52,776 nt of DNA from Parcubacteria group bacterium GW2011_GWA2_47_26 (GCA_001001705.1 LCOG01000008.1:1-52776), one strand, 5' to 3'; counted from the first letter of the stretch, positions 33,302 to 42,609 are shown. Notes: a model not told the origin generated them from the sequence alone. Numbers and translations: made by a program.

Positions 33302-34630
33302 TCAGCTCCCATTGCGCAGCTCCTCCTCTATATCCGCCGCTTTATCAAGCACCAGGTTAGCATAATAATTGCAAATGCTTCTTGAGCAATTAGGACTGCC
33401 GCCAATATAGGCGCGCGCCGCGCGCAATTCGCCGGCACGCGTTTTTTCCGCCGCGCCTTGGCGCGATAATTTAATTGCCGCCGCTGTAAAAGCATCCTCA
33501 AGATTCCATGGCGAAGGCGGATTATGCCCTGTCAAGCTCGCTACCTCGCTTTCGTAAGCCAGCCAAGTCTGCGGCAAAAACTGCGCCGCACCCATAGCGC
33601 CGCCCCAGCCATACGACGGCGCTTTTGAAACCGGCGTTGTGTCCGGATCAAGACCTAATTTCTTCGTTATTGCCAAAAAGGCGTCATGATCGCGAGAATG
33701 CATATCCTTGCGCCAGTTGCCTCTCCCGACATTTTGTCCCAGACGCGATTCTACTTCAAGTACAGCAATAAGAAATGAGGCGCGAATGCCGCTCCGAATT
33801 GCCGCGAGTTCTCCGAGCCGCACCGCTTCTTCGGCAGAAACCCCCGCCCGCGCCAGATAGGTAATCTGCTCCCGAATCTTATCAAGATCGCGTTTCTTCG
33901 TCACAATCACCGCCATGATCTTGTTTTTTTCTTTTTCAATTTTAGTAAGAAATCCGGATTGACGCTTGCGCCTTTGCGCCACAATCTCACGCTGCGATTC
34001 TTCTATGCGCTTTAAACGTTCCTGCGATTCCTTGTTCTCAAGAATCTCGCCGCGATCGTTTTCTAACGCGCTTCGGGTTTCCCGCAGAGCATTCAAAATA
34101 TCCTGCAAAGAACCATGAAACTGGCTGAATTCATTTAGAACATTAAAAATATCCGACAATTTTTCCGCTTCAATTAGCCGATTGATCAATGGCGTCTCTT
34201 CGCGCTCTTGGAGCATCCGCAACGCAAGCGCAACCTTTCCTTTAAGGTCGCCGATCTTGCCTTCGGTTTTTTGAAGTTTATTCTCGGTCTGCCGTAATTC
34301 GTATCCAAGTTTTTGCAAAGTCAAATTCAGGCTCCGAATCTCCAACTCGCTCGCCTGAATTTTTTCATTCAGCGCGGCGATGTCGTTTTGAACCGTAGCC
34401 GCCTCGCTCTTTTTGCTGTCCACCGCTTTCCAATGATTATTAATCTGCTGTTCCAAGTTCGCAATTTGCCTCTCTCGCTCCTCAATAAGCTGCGCTATCT
34501 CCTCCGGCGTTTCGGCTCTCACAGCAACGGATGTAAAACCGAAAATAATAAACAAGAAAACTAGGAATCCTACAACAATTGGGTATTGTCTCATACTGCC
34601 ACAAGTATAACAAAAAACAATAGCGCCCAC
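33302..34630 (-). CDS. coiled-coil protein with C-terminal lytic murein transglycosylase (SLT_2/MltB-like) domain
   Basis: Long heptad region (residues 40-260), then LIAVLEVESRLGQNVG and GAMGAAQFLPQTW. An alternative start lies at 34594. Confidence 0.7.
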   Translation of the reverse strand: MGAIVFCYTCGSMRQYPIVVGFLVFLFIIFGFTSVAVRAETPEEIAQLIEERERQIANLEQQINNHWKAVDSKKSEAATVQNDIAALNEKIQASELEIRSLNLTLQKLGYELRQTENKLQKTEGKIGDLKGKVALALRMLQEREETPLINRLIEAEKLSDIFNVLNEFSQFHGSLQDILNALRETRSALENDRGEILENKESQERLKRIEESQREIVAQRRKRQSGFLTKIEKEKNKIMAVIVTKKRDLDKIREQITYLARAGVSAEEAVRLGELAAIRSGIRASFLIAVLEVESRLGQNVGRGNWRKDMHSRDHDAFLAITKKLGLDPDTTPVSKAPSYGWGGAMGAAQFLPQTWLAYESEVASLTGHNPPSPWNLEDAFTAAAIKLSRQGAAEKTRAGELRAARAYIGGSPNCSRSICNYYANLVLDKAADIEEELRNGS

Positions 34631-34696
34631 AACCCATCGAATTGAATCATCTAAAATGACACCTTGATTCCCTATGACATTTCCTTAACGCTACTC

Positions 34697-34732
34697 GTCC
34701 CGCATTTGGCTCGATCGAGCCAAATGCGGGAC
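34697..34732. repeat. perfect 36-nt palindrome
   Basis: GTCCCGCATTTGGCTCGATCGAGCCAAATGCGGGAC, followed by GTTTTGG on the plus strand. Confidence 0.8.
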
Positions 34733-34824
34733 GTTTTGGGAAGCATTTTATGGCACTCTCCGTATACTTCAGTGTGCAGTTCGATGTCATGATTAAATGA
34801 TCTGACACGTTCACTCATACATTA

Positions 34825-34986
34825 GGGGACTGTTGCCGAATACGCTTTCGTAACGAAAGGTAAGAATTTTGAGCGAGACGAAGCAAAAGGTATGAAGCAT
34901 ATACGCAGTATATGTTGAATAGCTTTTGCAAAGTCGCAGCCAAAATTCTTACCTTGCAGTAGAAATGGTGTTTGGCAACAGTCCCC
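34825..34986. mobile_element. MITE-like element copy 3, full length, inverted relative to copies 2 and 6
   Basis: Termini GGGGACTGTTGCCGAATAC and GTGTTTGGCAACAGTCCCC. TTAG is present on both flanks. Confidence 0.85.
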
Positions 34987-35004
34987 TTAGACAAGTCTAT
35001 TAAC

Positions 35005-35364
35005 CTACCTTGCCAAAAGCCAAATTGCGACTATAAGCAAAATTAAGCCGATGTATTGCGGCGGTGACAAACTTTCTCTAAATAAAAAAACGGAAATGAT
35101 CAAAACCACGGCAAAAGCCGCGGTCGTAATAAGCGGATAAGCCACGGCTAATTTCAAGCGCTGCAAAAGCAAACTATAAAGTGGAAAATTCAGCATAAAA
35201 AGAAGCGCTCCCAATAAAATCCAGGGATTCCCCACAATTTTTCCGAGATTGCCAAGTATATTTTTTACCTCTAGCGGCGGAAGTCTCTGGGTGCCAAATT
35301 TTATAAAAATGTTGGCAAAAGCGTTAGACAAGATTGTGATGATTAAGATAATGGCGGTTTGCAT
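35005..35364 (-). CDS. small DMT/SMR-type membrane transporter subunit (EamA/ArnE-like)
   Basis: 119 aa with 4 TM helices. The pattern NAFANIFIKFG...LAVAYPLITTAAFAVV is typical of small EamA-like proteins. Confidence 0.5.
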   Translation of the reverse strand: MQTAIILIITILSNAFANIFIKFGTQRLPPLEVKNILGNLGKIVGNPWILLGALLFMLNFPLYSLLLQRLKLAVAYPLITTAAFAVVLIISVFLFRESLSPPQYIGLILLIVAIWLLAR

Positions 35365-35384
35365 AAAAAATTAGTCAGGCTTAC

Positions 35385-35544
35385 GGGGACTGTTGCCGAA
35401 TGCCATTTCTACTGCAATCGCGTATATGCGGCTACGGCTTTGCAGAAATTTTTCGACAGATACTGCGTATATGCCTCAAAATTTCTGCTTCGCCTCGCTC
35501 GCATCTTCGCGATTTCGCTACGAAAGCGCATTCGGTACCCGTGC
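35385..35544. mobile_element. MITE-like element copy 4, overlapping the 3' end of the nucleotidyltransferase gene
   Basis: GGGGACTGTTGCCGAATGCCATTTCTACTGCAA...CGCTACGAAAGCGCATTCGGTACCC. Confidence 0.8.
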
Positions 35545-35947
35545 AAATGCGTCGCCGAATTTTTGTCGCTGATACGCCAGGATATTCGTCAATCCGCTTA
35601 ACCGGCAATCCTGCTGCTTTAAAAATTTTAATAACTAGATCATTTCCAGACCACGCCATATCAAACTTGCCTGCTTGTTTTTTTACCAGCTCTACCCATT
35701 CTGCGTCAGTCGCAGTATCCGGAAGTTCAATAATTTTATACTTTTCAGCGCCAATTCCTTTCATGACTTTATTCACCATTTCTTTGCGCTCCGCAAGCAT
35801 AAACGGATTTTTGTAAGTTCCTGACTCTTGCGGAGAACCAATCGCTACAATCAAAAGATTCGCGCGTCTAACGCAGTCGCGCATAGCCAACATATGGCCT
35901 TTATGCAAAGGTTGAAATCTGCCAATAAATAACCCGATCTCCTGCAT
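35432..35947 (-). CDS. nicotinamide-nucleotide adenylyltransferase-like cytidylyltransferase (NadM type) with a repeat-encoded C-terminus
   Basis: GLFIGRFQPLHKGH (HxGH motif) and SATKIRRRI (ISxTxIR motif). The start is set at MQEIG (35947). The last ~35 codons and the stop lie inside MITE copy 4. Confidence 0.7.
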   Translation of the reverse strand: MQEIGLFIGRFQPLHKGHMLAMRDCVRRANLLIVAIGSPQESGTYKNPFMLAERKEMVNKVMKGIGAEKYKIIELPDTATDAEWVELVKKQAGKFDMAWSGNDLVIKIFKAAGLPVKRIDEYPGVSATKIRRRICTGTECAFVAKSRRCERGEAEILRHIRSICRKISAKP

Positions 35948-35961
35948 ACTAAACGTCCGCT

Positions 35962-35998
35962 TGTGGCCTAGCCACAAAATTTATGTGGCTAGGCCACA
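35962..35998. repeat. two CTAG-centred palindromes
   Basis: TGTGGCCTAGCCACA and TGTGGCTAGGCCACA, directly upstream of the nadM-like start. Confidence 0.75.
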
Positions 35999-36006
35999 CC
36001 ACTGCC

Positions 36007-36456
36007 TTACTCCCCTGCCTTGACCTCAATCTTTCCTTTTTCCGTCGGCGCAATGTGATTATGGAACGGACAATCCTTAACTTCCGTAAAAACGAAGGAA
36101 TAACTCTCGCCTTTATCAAGCGCTCTTAGCGCATCAAATCCCGGACAAATCTTATGAGCCGGATGAACTCCTGACACCGGCCAAACGCTTTTGGCGCCGC
36201 GATTCTTAAAAGTTACTTTGGTGCCAGCTTTAATCCTCAATATCGCGGGGTTAAACAAACCGTCTTGGTATTCAATGATTGCCTCTGACACCGCCGGGGT
36301 TGGCGCAGGCACGACTCCGCTCTCGGGGCTCGCTTGCGGCGCTGGTCCAGTCCCGGCTGGCGGGCTAACTCGCGCGCCAAACCTTAAACATCCGGCCCCC
36401 AATAAAACGAAACCAACTAGTATAAGACTCGTACGAATTGTTTTTGGCATATGCAC
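36007..36456 (-). CDS. cupredoxin-fold (plastocyanin-like) lipoprotein or secreted protein
   Basis: Signal with LLGAGC. FNPAILRIKAGTKVTFKNRG...HP...CPFHNHIAPTEKGKIEV resembles a type-1 copper site arrangement. Confidence 0.5.
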   Translation of the reverse strand: MHMPKTIRTSLILVGFVLLGAGCLRFGARVSPPAGTGPAPQASPESGVVPAPTPAVSEAIIEYQDGLFNPAILRIKAGTKVTFKNRGAKSVWPVSGVHPAHKICPGFDALRALDKGESYSFVFTEVKDCPFHNHIAPTEKGKIEVKAGE

Positions 36457-36490
36457 GATAATACACTTATTAAATTTATACGATCGACCT

Positions 36491-37831
36491 TTAATATGGC
36501 GAAACCGTTTGCACTATCTTTATCTCTTCCGGCTTGTTCTCAACCAAGCGTTCAATATTAAATGTACCAAATTTGAAAGCCTCGCGATACCCGGACATTG
36601 CCGCTTTGGCTAAAAAGCCAGAACGCAGCCAATCGCTCAACCATTCACTTACAAAATCAGGATCCTCTTGCGGAACGCCGGCATCAAGAGTTAAAAGCCA
36701 GGCGCGATTGTACTCCTCTTGCGAACCAATCGGCGGCGCAATAATGATTGGCAAGCCTAGAGCGGTATAAAAAGACAGCTCTGACGGCTTAGTCCAAAGA
36801 ATATCTGTGGTGCGCAGCCATTTATTAAACTCAACAAAATATTCTTCTTTAGTCTTCGTAAACAGCACGCGCACGGCAGTATCCAAAGCGCTCCCGAGGC
36901 CTTGTTTTTCAATGTGCGAAGTAAAGTAATCGCGCACCTCTTCATTAATGCCGGCGATTAAATTAACCCGCATCTGGCGCGCAATTATTCTCTGACGTAA
37001 ATTTTTTACAATCGCGGCCCCAATCTCGCGTTGCGCGCCTGCGCCGCCAACAGCAAACGTAAGCGTTAAGGGATGATTTGCCTGAAGCGGCAATCTCTTC
37101 AAATGCAAACGCTCTTTAATATGAGTGGAATGCACTTTGAGATAACGCCGTGCGGGATCCAAATTAATAATTCGCCGGGCAAGATCATGCTGTAAAATGG
37201 TAAGATCAGTATCTAGGCCAATATTTTCTTTAGGCAAGGGAAAGCCCGTCAAAAAAATATTTCTCGGCGGCACGCCGTAAAGTTTCAGTCGCTCGGCAAC
37301 TCGATAAGTCGGGGCGCAATATTTAATACGGCTTTGCGACGGATTAACCGGAACCCATGCCCGAGAAATATCCGTGTCCGTCGCAATGCAATAAATCGGC
37401 CCGCGATAGCCCCAGTACTCGGCCATGTGCGCGACTGTAAAAAATGTGGCAATCAGCGGAAGTGGACGCCTGTTGAGCTCACCAATCAAATGGCGCCCCC
37501 AGCCTTTTTTAATAGTAGCCAAAGTGGCTTTAAGCTGCCAAATCGGTCGAGCTAAATTCCTGCGCGGATAAAAACTGGCGATCTCTTGCAGTTCATCCAT
37601 TAATTCAAAAAGCCCTTCTCCAATAATTGGTATACGCTTAAACCGGGACACAAACTCGTAAGCCTTCCTTAATTTCTCCCAGGTCTTGCGATCATTTTCC
37701 GGGATGCCTTTATAATTGTCAGCGCTAATAACGCTACCCACTGCCAAATGCCGCAAATTATAGGCCGGGCGTAAATGGCCATAACCCATGGTTACTGCCA
37801 CGACATACGCCTTTGTTTTTTTTATTGGCAT
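36491..37831 (-). CDS. GT-B fold glycosyltransferase, MGDG synthase/UgtP (GT28)-like
   Basis: N-terminal VVAVTMGYGHLRPAYNL (GxGH motif) and C-terminal FAVGGAGAQ...TKPSELSFYTALGLPIIIAPPIGSQEEYN. The start is set at the ATG at 37829-37831. Confidence 0.45.
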   Translation of the reverse strand: MPIKKTKAYVVAVTMGYGHLRPAYNLRHLAVGSVISADNYKGIPENDRKTWEKLRKAYEFVSRFKRIPIIGEGLFELMDELQEIASFYPRRNLARPIWQLKATLATIKKGWGRHLIGELNRRPLPLIATFFTVAHMAEYWGYRGPIYCIATDTDISRAWVPVNPSQSRIKYCAPTYRVAERLKLYGVPPRNIFLTGFPLPKENIGLDTDLTILQHDLARRIINLDPARRYLKVHSTHIKERLHLKRLPLQANHPLTLTFAVGGAGAQREIGAAIVKNLRQRIIARQMRVNLIAGINEEVRDYFTSHIEKQGLGSALDTAVRVLFTKTKEEYFVEFNKWLRTTDILWTKPSELSFYTALGLPIIIAPPIGSQEEYNRAWLLTLDAGVPQEDPDFVSEWLSDWLRSGFLAKAAMSGYREAFKFGTFNIERLVENKPEEIKIVQTVSPY

Positions 37832-37880
37832 AATGGGACTGTTGTGCAACAAGGCTAAGCCTTGGCGTTTTCAGTATTAT

Positions 37881-37913
37881 ACAAGAAGACAGTCCTCTTT
37901 GGAAGGACTGTCT
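37881..37913 (-). terminator. hairpin terminator after the HU gene
   Basis: On the minus strand AGACAGTCCT-tccaaag-AGGACTGTCT then TCTTGT. It lies 30 nt after the stop. Confidence 0.5.
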
Positions 37914-37942
37914 ATCTAGTGCAGCTTACTGTTTTCAACAAG

Positions 37943-38218
37943 TTACGACAATATCTCGTCTTTCGCCGCCTTAGCCATCCGGAACTTAACCACAGTTTTG
38001 GCCGGAATCTGGATCTGCTCGCCTGTGGCTGGGTTGCGACCCATTCGAGCTGCCCGCTGCTTTTTCTGGAGTTTTCCAAGCCCTGGAATTGTGAACTCCC
38101 CTACTCTTTTGGCCTCTTTATAGGCCAAATCTACCAAGACTTCCAGCAATTCCCCAGCTTCTTTGCGGGTCTTGCCAAGCTTTTCAGCCAAGGTATTAAG
38201 TAGTTGTGACTTATTCAT
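37943..38218 (-). CDS. hup: HU/IHF family DNA-binding protein
   Basis: MNKSQLLNTLAEKLG...FTIPGLGKLQKKQRAARMGRNPATGEQIQIPAKTVVKFRMAKAAKD. Confidence 0.9.
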   Translation of the reverse strand: MNKSQLLNTLAEKLGKTRKEAGELLEVLVDLAYKEAKRVGEFTIPGLGKLQKKQRAARMGRNPATGEQIQIPAKTVVKFRMAKAAKDEILS

Positions 38219-38339
38219 GCCTTTTGCCATAGGGCATTAATTTAAGGATTAAGTCCATAAAATATACCATTTTATCCAAGGGCCTGCAAGTTTGACTAAT
38301 CCACAGGCAAGATTCTCGCAATTTTTGGCTTTGCCGCCC

Positions 38340-39644
38340 TTATAATCCGTGCCTTCCGTCGGGTCCTGCGCCGCCATGGCTTTGATGGCCGACTACATCC
38401 TCGCGACCAGTAGCGAGAAGATAATCTTCAACCATTCCCTTGGGATACCAAAGAGCATACCAGCGATGAGATTCGCCGACTAATTCCTCGTCGCTATATT
38501 TATCACCATAAGCCTGAATCATGTAGCGATAAAAACCCCGCACTGCTTTTGCATGCGCACAGCCGCAATTTCTGTTCATGGTAACATTGTTTGGCCCGCC
38601 GCAGCAGTAACTGCAAGTCATCATGGTAGTAATAAGTTTCTGATATCTTGCTTCTTGTTCGTCTGATAACCTTATGGATGTCTCAAACGCTCCCCATCTA
38701 TTTTGAGCATTTACCGGATCATCAAAAGAAATATCTTCAGGAGCATAAAATGGTTTGCCAGCCGCTATCATTACGACTTTTGCCGCCTCAAGAGGATCCA
38801 GGCCTTTTGGTTCAGCCAGTACTTCAGTGATTGTTGGCCACGGCGCAATTGAAGTAGTTTTGCCATCGGGGTTTACTTTTGGAGCTAAAATCTGACGCTG
38901 GGCTTTTTGCTGAATTCCAAATAGCGCACGCAATCCGCCGCTACTGCGCGAAATGCTCTGCGCCTTAGGCACAAACGAGCCAATCAAGAATTGGTTGACC
39001 GCCAAGATCGCGATAATCGCCCAAACTAAACCATGTCGCAATCGTTTCTGTCGCGGCATAGCTTCTAACTGATGCGCTCCACTATCCGATACGACCCCTA
39101 CTTCGCGTGCACAGCCTTTTGTCTTAAATTTTGCAATGCGTTTTGACGCAAAAGCAATTGAGCCAAGCATTAATCCCAAACTCAAGGCTTTCAATTCCAG
39201 GCCCTTGAGCGGAAAAATGCTAATTCCTCCGCTAACCCCGATCAGCGTAAGCAAAAATGTTCCACAGACAGGACAACCTGAAGCAAACAAGCTTGTCAGC
39301 GTTCCGCCAACACCCCAGCCCGCAGCGTTTTTGTTTTTTGCATCTGTCGTGTGCCTAAAAAGCCATGCTAACAAAGCCGCGGACACTCCAAAGGCGATAA
39401 TCGCCGTGACAGTCATCAGCAAATATAGTGCCACATAAATCACGCCCAGAATTCTAGCTTTGCCCAACTCAAACGCGCTAAAATAGCTCCCATCCCAAGC
39501 CATGCTAAAGAAAGACGCCAGTGTCGTCGTGCGGCTCAATAACCAAAAGAGTGCTAGGGCAAATATTACACTCGAGGCTATGGCAATTTTACTATATGCT
39601 GATTCGCGCAGGATACTAATAATTACCTTCAGATTTGAACGCAT
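38340..39644 (-). CDS. Cys-rich polytopic membrane protein of unknown function
   Basis: TM region with an intramembrane GCPVCG. The soluble C-terminal domain carries CSYCCGG...CGCAHAKA. The start is set at ATG 39644 (MRSNLKV). Confidence 0.5.
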   Translation of the reverse strand: MRSNLKVIISILRESAYSKIAIASSVIFALALFWLLSRTTTLASFFSMAWDGSYFSAFELGKARILGVIYVALYLLMTVTAIIAFGVSAALLAWLFRHTTDAKNKNAAGWGVGGTLTSLFASGCPVCGTFLLTLIGVSGGISIFPLKGLELKALSLGLMLGSIAFASKRIAKFKTKGCAREVGVVSDSGAHQLEAMPRQKRLRHGLVWAIIAILAVNQFLIGSFVPKAQSISRSSGGLRALFGIQQKAQRQILAPKVNPDGKTTSIAPWPTITEVLAEPKGLDPLEAAKVVMIAAGKPFYAPEDISFDDPVNAQNRWGAFETSIRLSDEQEARYQKLITTMMTCSYCCGGPNNVTMNRNCGCAHAKAVRGFYRYMIQAYGDKYSDEELVGESHRWYALWYPKGMVEDYLLATGREDVVGHQSHGGAGPDGRHGL

Positions 39645-39670
39645 AATAATATTAGTGAAATAACCCAAAT

Positions 39671-39770
39671 TGTAGCCGCCGGCTTTAGCCGGCGCAATGA
39701 ACGCAGGTCCCGGCGTTGCCGAGGATTCTCGGTGTTAAACCGGAAATGAAGACCTGCGGCTACAGACTAG
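39671..39770. repeat. 100-nt intergenic hairpin element
   Basis: TGTAGCCGC...GCAGGTC at the left pairs with GACCTGCGGCTACA at the right. It also has an inner CCGGCTTTAGCCGG hairpin. Confidence 0.65.
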
Positions 39771-40031
39771 TTAACACCCGCCCACCATTGATTGCAAGCC
39801 ATTGCCACTCGCTGCCGCCGGCGCAGCTCCTCCCGACGACGCGGCTTGAGCAGGACGCACGCTAACAGCGCCCTTGAGACGAGCGAGCTGCGCGGTTTGC
39901 AAACCAGCCACTAGAGCAATGAGGATTAAAGCAACAATCTGCCAATTAAGTTTTGGCACGCGCAGAGTAATGGTTCCCCCTGCAGTTGAACTTGTATTTA
40001 CGGAATTAAGATTGTGTAATTCTTCAGACAT
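39771..40031 (-). CDS. small single-pass membrane protein ending in Gly-Gly-Cys
   Basis: 86 aa. TM helix WQIVALILIALVAGL, an Ala/Ser/Gly-rich tail, and C-terminus LQSMVGGC. Confidence 0.4.
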   Translation of the reverse strand: MSEELHNLNSVNTSSTAGGTITLRVPKLNWQIVALILIALVAGLQTAQLARLKGAVSVRPAQAASSGGAAPAAASGNGLQSMVGGC

Positions 40032-40080
40032 ATGTTGATTTATTAGATTATTAAATTATTAAGTGCTTAATTTACTTCAA

Positions 40081-40974
40081 TTATTCGTGATGGGATGACA
40101 TATCACCGGCACTCGGCTGACTCACGCTCGGCGGGACTGCCGCCGCATCTTCCGGTGACGGGGACTTGATAACTTTATTGGTTTTTAAATCATGATAAGT
40201 GCCCATCAGTGACTGGCCGTCTCGGAATACATACATGCCGTCTTTTTCAACTGTGCCAACCGACGGCCAGACTTGCTGGAACCGCGGATATTCTGCCAAG
40301 TCGCCAGTAAGCAGCAGTGTCGGCGCGCTTGCTATTCTATATTGCCTGACAAGACGCCTTCCCTCCGCATCATTGCGATCCATAAATTTTTCCTCCGCTG
40401 GCTGCATAGCCAGTCCAGCCAAAGCCTGGCGATGGAGCGTCGGATCATAACATTCCTTACATCCCTTGTCTCCCAGATATATCGCGGTAAAACGCCCCTT
40501 TACCGCGCCTGAAGCTACTTCAACATAAGGCGGCGGAATATTTGTTACAATAAGCGTGCCATCGGCTTCGCTGCGGCCCAAATTTTGCAAAAATGAGGCC
40601 TGATCAAACAGCTTCGCCGTATCTCCGCTAATAATTAAGGTCGGTACGCGCGTCACACTATATTTTTGGACAAGCTCGGCTCCTGCTTGTGACGCATACT
40701 CCAGACTTTCCTCTTTGCTGATTTTAACTTTACCGTTTTCTTTAAGCGGAGCAACTAAATTATTAATATCAAAACATTCTAGACAGGTTGGCGCAGTTAA
40801 AATTGTAAGTGCAATTTCCGCTGGTGCTTCCGCCTCCTCGGCCGCTTTTTTCTCGCCATCAACTTTATTTTGCATTCTGTATAAAAGCAAGGCGTTGACA
40901 ACTAAAAGTCCGCCCACCGCTAAAAAAATTAAAACGTGACCAAACGTGCTTAAGTTTATTTTTAATTTTCTCAT
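40081..40974 (-). CDS. membrane-anchored protein with two thioredoxin-like modules (CLEC and CKEC)
   Basis: TM anchor, then TAPTCLECFD...VTRVPTLIISG, and a second copy DKGCKECYD...IASAPTLLLTG. The start is set at 40974 (MRKLKINL). Confidence 0.6.
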   Translation of the reverse strand: MRKLKINLSTFGHVLIFLAVGGLLVVNALLLYRMQNKVDGEKKAAEEAEAPAEIALTILTAPTCLECFDINNLVAPLKENGKVKISKEESLEYASQAGAELVQKYSVTRVPTLIISGDTAKLFDQASFLQNLGRSEADGTLIVTNIPPPYVEVASGAVKGRFTAIYLGDKGCKECYDPTLHRQALAGLAMQPAEEKFMDRNDAEGRRLVRQYRIASAPTLLLTGDLAEYPRFQQVWPSVGTVEKDGMYVFRDGQSLMGTYHDLKTNKVIKSPSPEDAAAVPPSVSQPSAGDMSSHHE

Positions 40975-40996
40975 TATGGTAAAATAATATTTTATT

Positions 40997-41881
40997 TTAA
41001 TTTGATGAATTATAGTAGACCGAGGGCGCCGCGTCAAGCATAGGCCTCACGCATTGTTGCCGAGGGTGCATTGGACACATATTCACTCCTGCAGCCGCTG
41101 GTCTCACGAGAATCGTACCCGCAACCCCTAATACAATAGCAAGTGTTATAAAAACACTGGACACATCTAACTGAAAGCTGGCTTTCCAATTTGGTTTTAT
41201 AAGCCGGTCAATGCGTATGCTCAAACGTGAAGCAAAGCTAGCGGCTATACTCGCAAATTCAGGCCTTTGCACCATTTGTAAAAGAACGCCGCCCAAGGCC
41301 TGACGGCTATCTACCCGCTCATCTGCCTCTATTTCAGCCATAGTGCGATATTCAGAAATTAAATTGCGCAAAAACGGAGCAAAGAAAAAACTGTACTTTA
41401 CTGTATCCGTGACAAAAAACTTAAGGGGATGACGTTTTGCAACATGGTGCGACTCGTGCTGCAATATAGCGGCAAGCTCATCTTTTGATAAATTCCGCAC
41501 ACAATGCGCGCAAAGCGCGATTTTAGGACGCAAAAAACCAAAGGTAAATGATTCGCAATGGCTGCCGTTGAATAAAAACAATCCTTTCATTCCCTCATAT
41601 ACGCTAACATGTTTAAGCAATGTTCTTGTACGTATCAATGCGATCACTGCGTAAGTCATACCAACCAACACACCGACGCTAAACAAACCCGCAAAGCCAA
41701 GAATTGCCCAATCTCGCGCTGTTATCAAAGTATCCATAGCACAAGAACAACCCCCGGACGCGGACACGCGATCATTAACAATATGTGCCGCCGCTCTAAA
41801 CAATAAAATCTCCAATCCTGCCAGTACTGCAACTGTAGCCGCGATAGCCAAAACAATTTTTCTTTTGGCAGACCTTACCAT
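40997..41881 (-). CDS. M56-family (BlaR1/MecR1-like) membrane metalloprotease without a sensor domain
   Basis: LAAILQHESHHVAKRHPLKFF (HExxH), multiple TM helices, and a position directly after a BlaI-type repressor gene. Confidence 0.7.
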   Translation of the reverse strand: MVRSAKRKIVLAIAATVAVLAGLEILLFRAAAHIVNDRVSASGGCSCAMDTLITARDWAILGFAGLFSVGVLVGMTYAVIALIRTRTLLKHVSVYEGMKGLFLFNGSHCESFTFGFLRPKIALCAHCVRNLSKDELAAILQHESHHVAKRHPLKFFVTDTVKYSFFFAPFLRNLISEYRTMAEIEADERVDSRQALGGVLLQMVQRPEFASIAASFASRLSIRIDRLIKPNWKASFQLDVSSVFITLAIVLGVAGTILVRPAAAGVNMCPMHPRQQCVRPMLDAAPSVYYNSSN

Positions 41882-41901
41882 AAATTAAACTTTTGCAATA
41901 C

Positions 41902-42063
41902 TAGACCTGTTGCCTTATAACTTTCCTGGCGTTTTTGATGCCGTTTGAGCCGAAACTAATGAAGGACGAGGAGGAATAGCTCATGCTATTTCGACGAGTT
42001 CTGAATTTGTTGCAGGCCAAATCGGTGCGAAAACGGCCGGGAGATTATAAGGCAACAGGTCTA
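41902..42063. mobile_element. variant MITE with GACCTGTTGCC termini
   Basis: TAGACCTGTTGCCTTATAA...TTATAAGGCAACAGGTCTA. The right terminus contains the TAA stop of the repressor gene. Confidence 0.75.
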
Positions 42064-42482
42064 CTGTCATTCTGATCCGCCGTTGAGGCGGAACGGTTTA
42101 ATTTCTGACGCAATTCTTCCAACTGGCGCGGATCAACCTCTTCCAGAACATCAACAAATTGCGCTATTGCCACTGATCCAAAATTGCGAAGGATTTCCCC
42201 GAAAAGCACCCTGCTCGTTTTGGCATAAAACGCATCGCGATCATAAGCAGGCTTATAAATAAAACTCCCGTTTGGCAACTCCTCCCTAGATAAATATCCC
42301 TTTTCTGTCATGCGCGTCATCACGGTCATAACCGTTGTGTAAGCCAGATCCCGCCGCCGCCCGACTATCTGCAATATATCGCGCACAGTGCCCGCGCGCC
42401 TTTGCCAAAGCGCCTCTAAAATCGCTTTTTCAAGCATGCCTAAAAGTTGTCCCTTTTTCTTGGTATTCCTAATCAAGGCCAT
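42045..42482 (-). CDS. BlaI/MecI/CopY-family winged-helix repressor
   Basis: LEKAILEALWQRRAGTVRDILQIV...AYTTVMTVMTRMTEKGYLSRE. The last 16 codons come from two repeat termini. Confidence 0.8.
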   Translation of the reverse strand: MALIRNTKKKGQLLGMLEKAILEALWQRRAGTVRDILQIVGRRRDLAYTTVMTVMTRMTEKGYLSREELPNGSFIYKPAYDRDAFYAKTSRVLFGEILRNFGSVAIAQFVDVLEEVDPRQLEELRQKLNRSASTADQNDSRPVAL

Positions 42483-42609
42483 ACCCGGTGCTACAACACT
42501 TTATGCCAATATTGTTGCGTTAAATTCTTGAATCAAACTTATATTTATTGCCTTGCATTTCTACTTGTGCCGACGCCACTTTAATACCGACAGTTGTAGC
42601 ACCGGGCAT
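42483..42609 (-). mobile_element. 127-nt deletion derivative of the GIY-YIG inverted-repeat element (copy B)
   Basis: On the minus strand ATGCCCGGTGCTACAAC...GTTGTAGCACCGGGT followed by the ATG of the repressor gene. The mini-ORF reads MPGATTVGIKVASAQVEMQGNKYKFDSRI. Confidence 0.7.

Noticed and set aside
34697-34732. The perfect 36-nt palindrome as a terminator for the neighbouring minus-strand genes
   Set aside because: The T-tract follows the hairpin only on the plus strand, where no gene ends. It is recorded as a repeat or hairpin only.
36191-36613. Plus-strand 140-aa ORF spanning the cupredoxin-like gene and the next spacer
   Set aside because: It is antisense to a minus-strand ORF that has a signal peptide and a copper-site-like motif. 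It also crosses an intergenic region.
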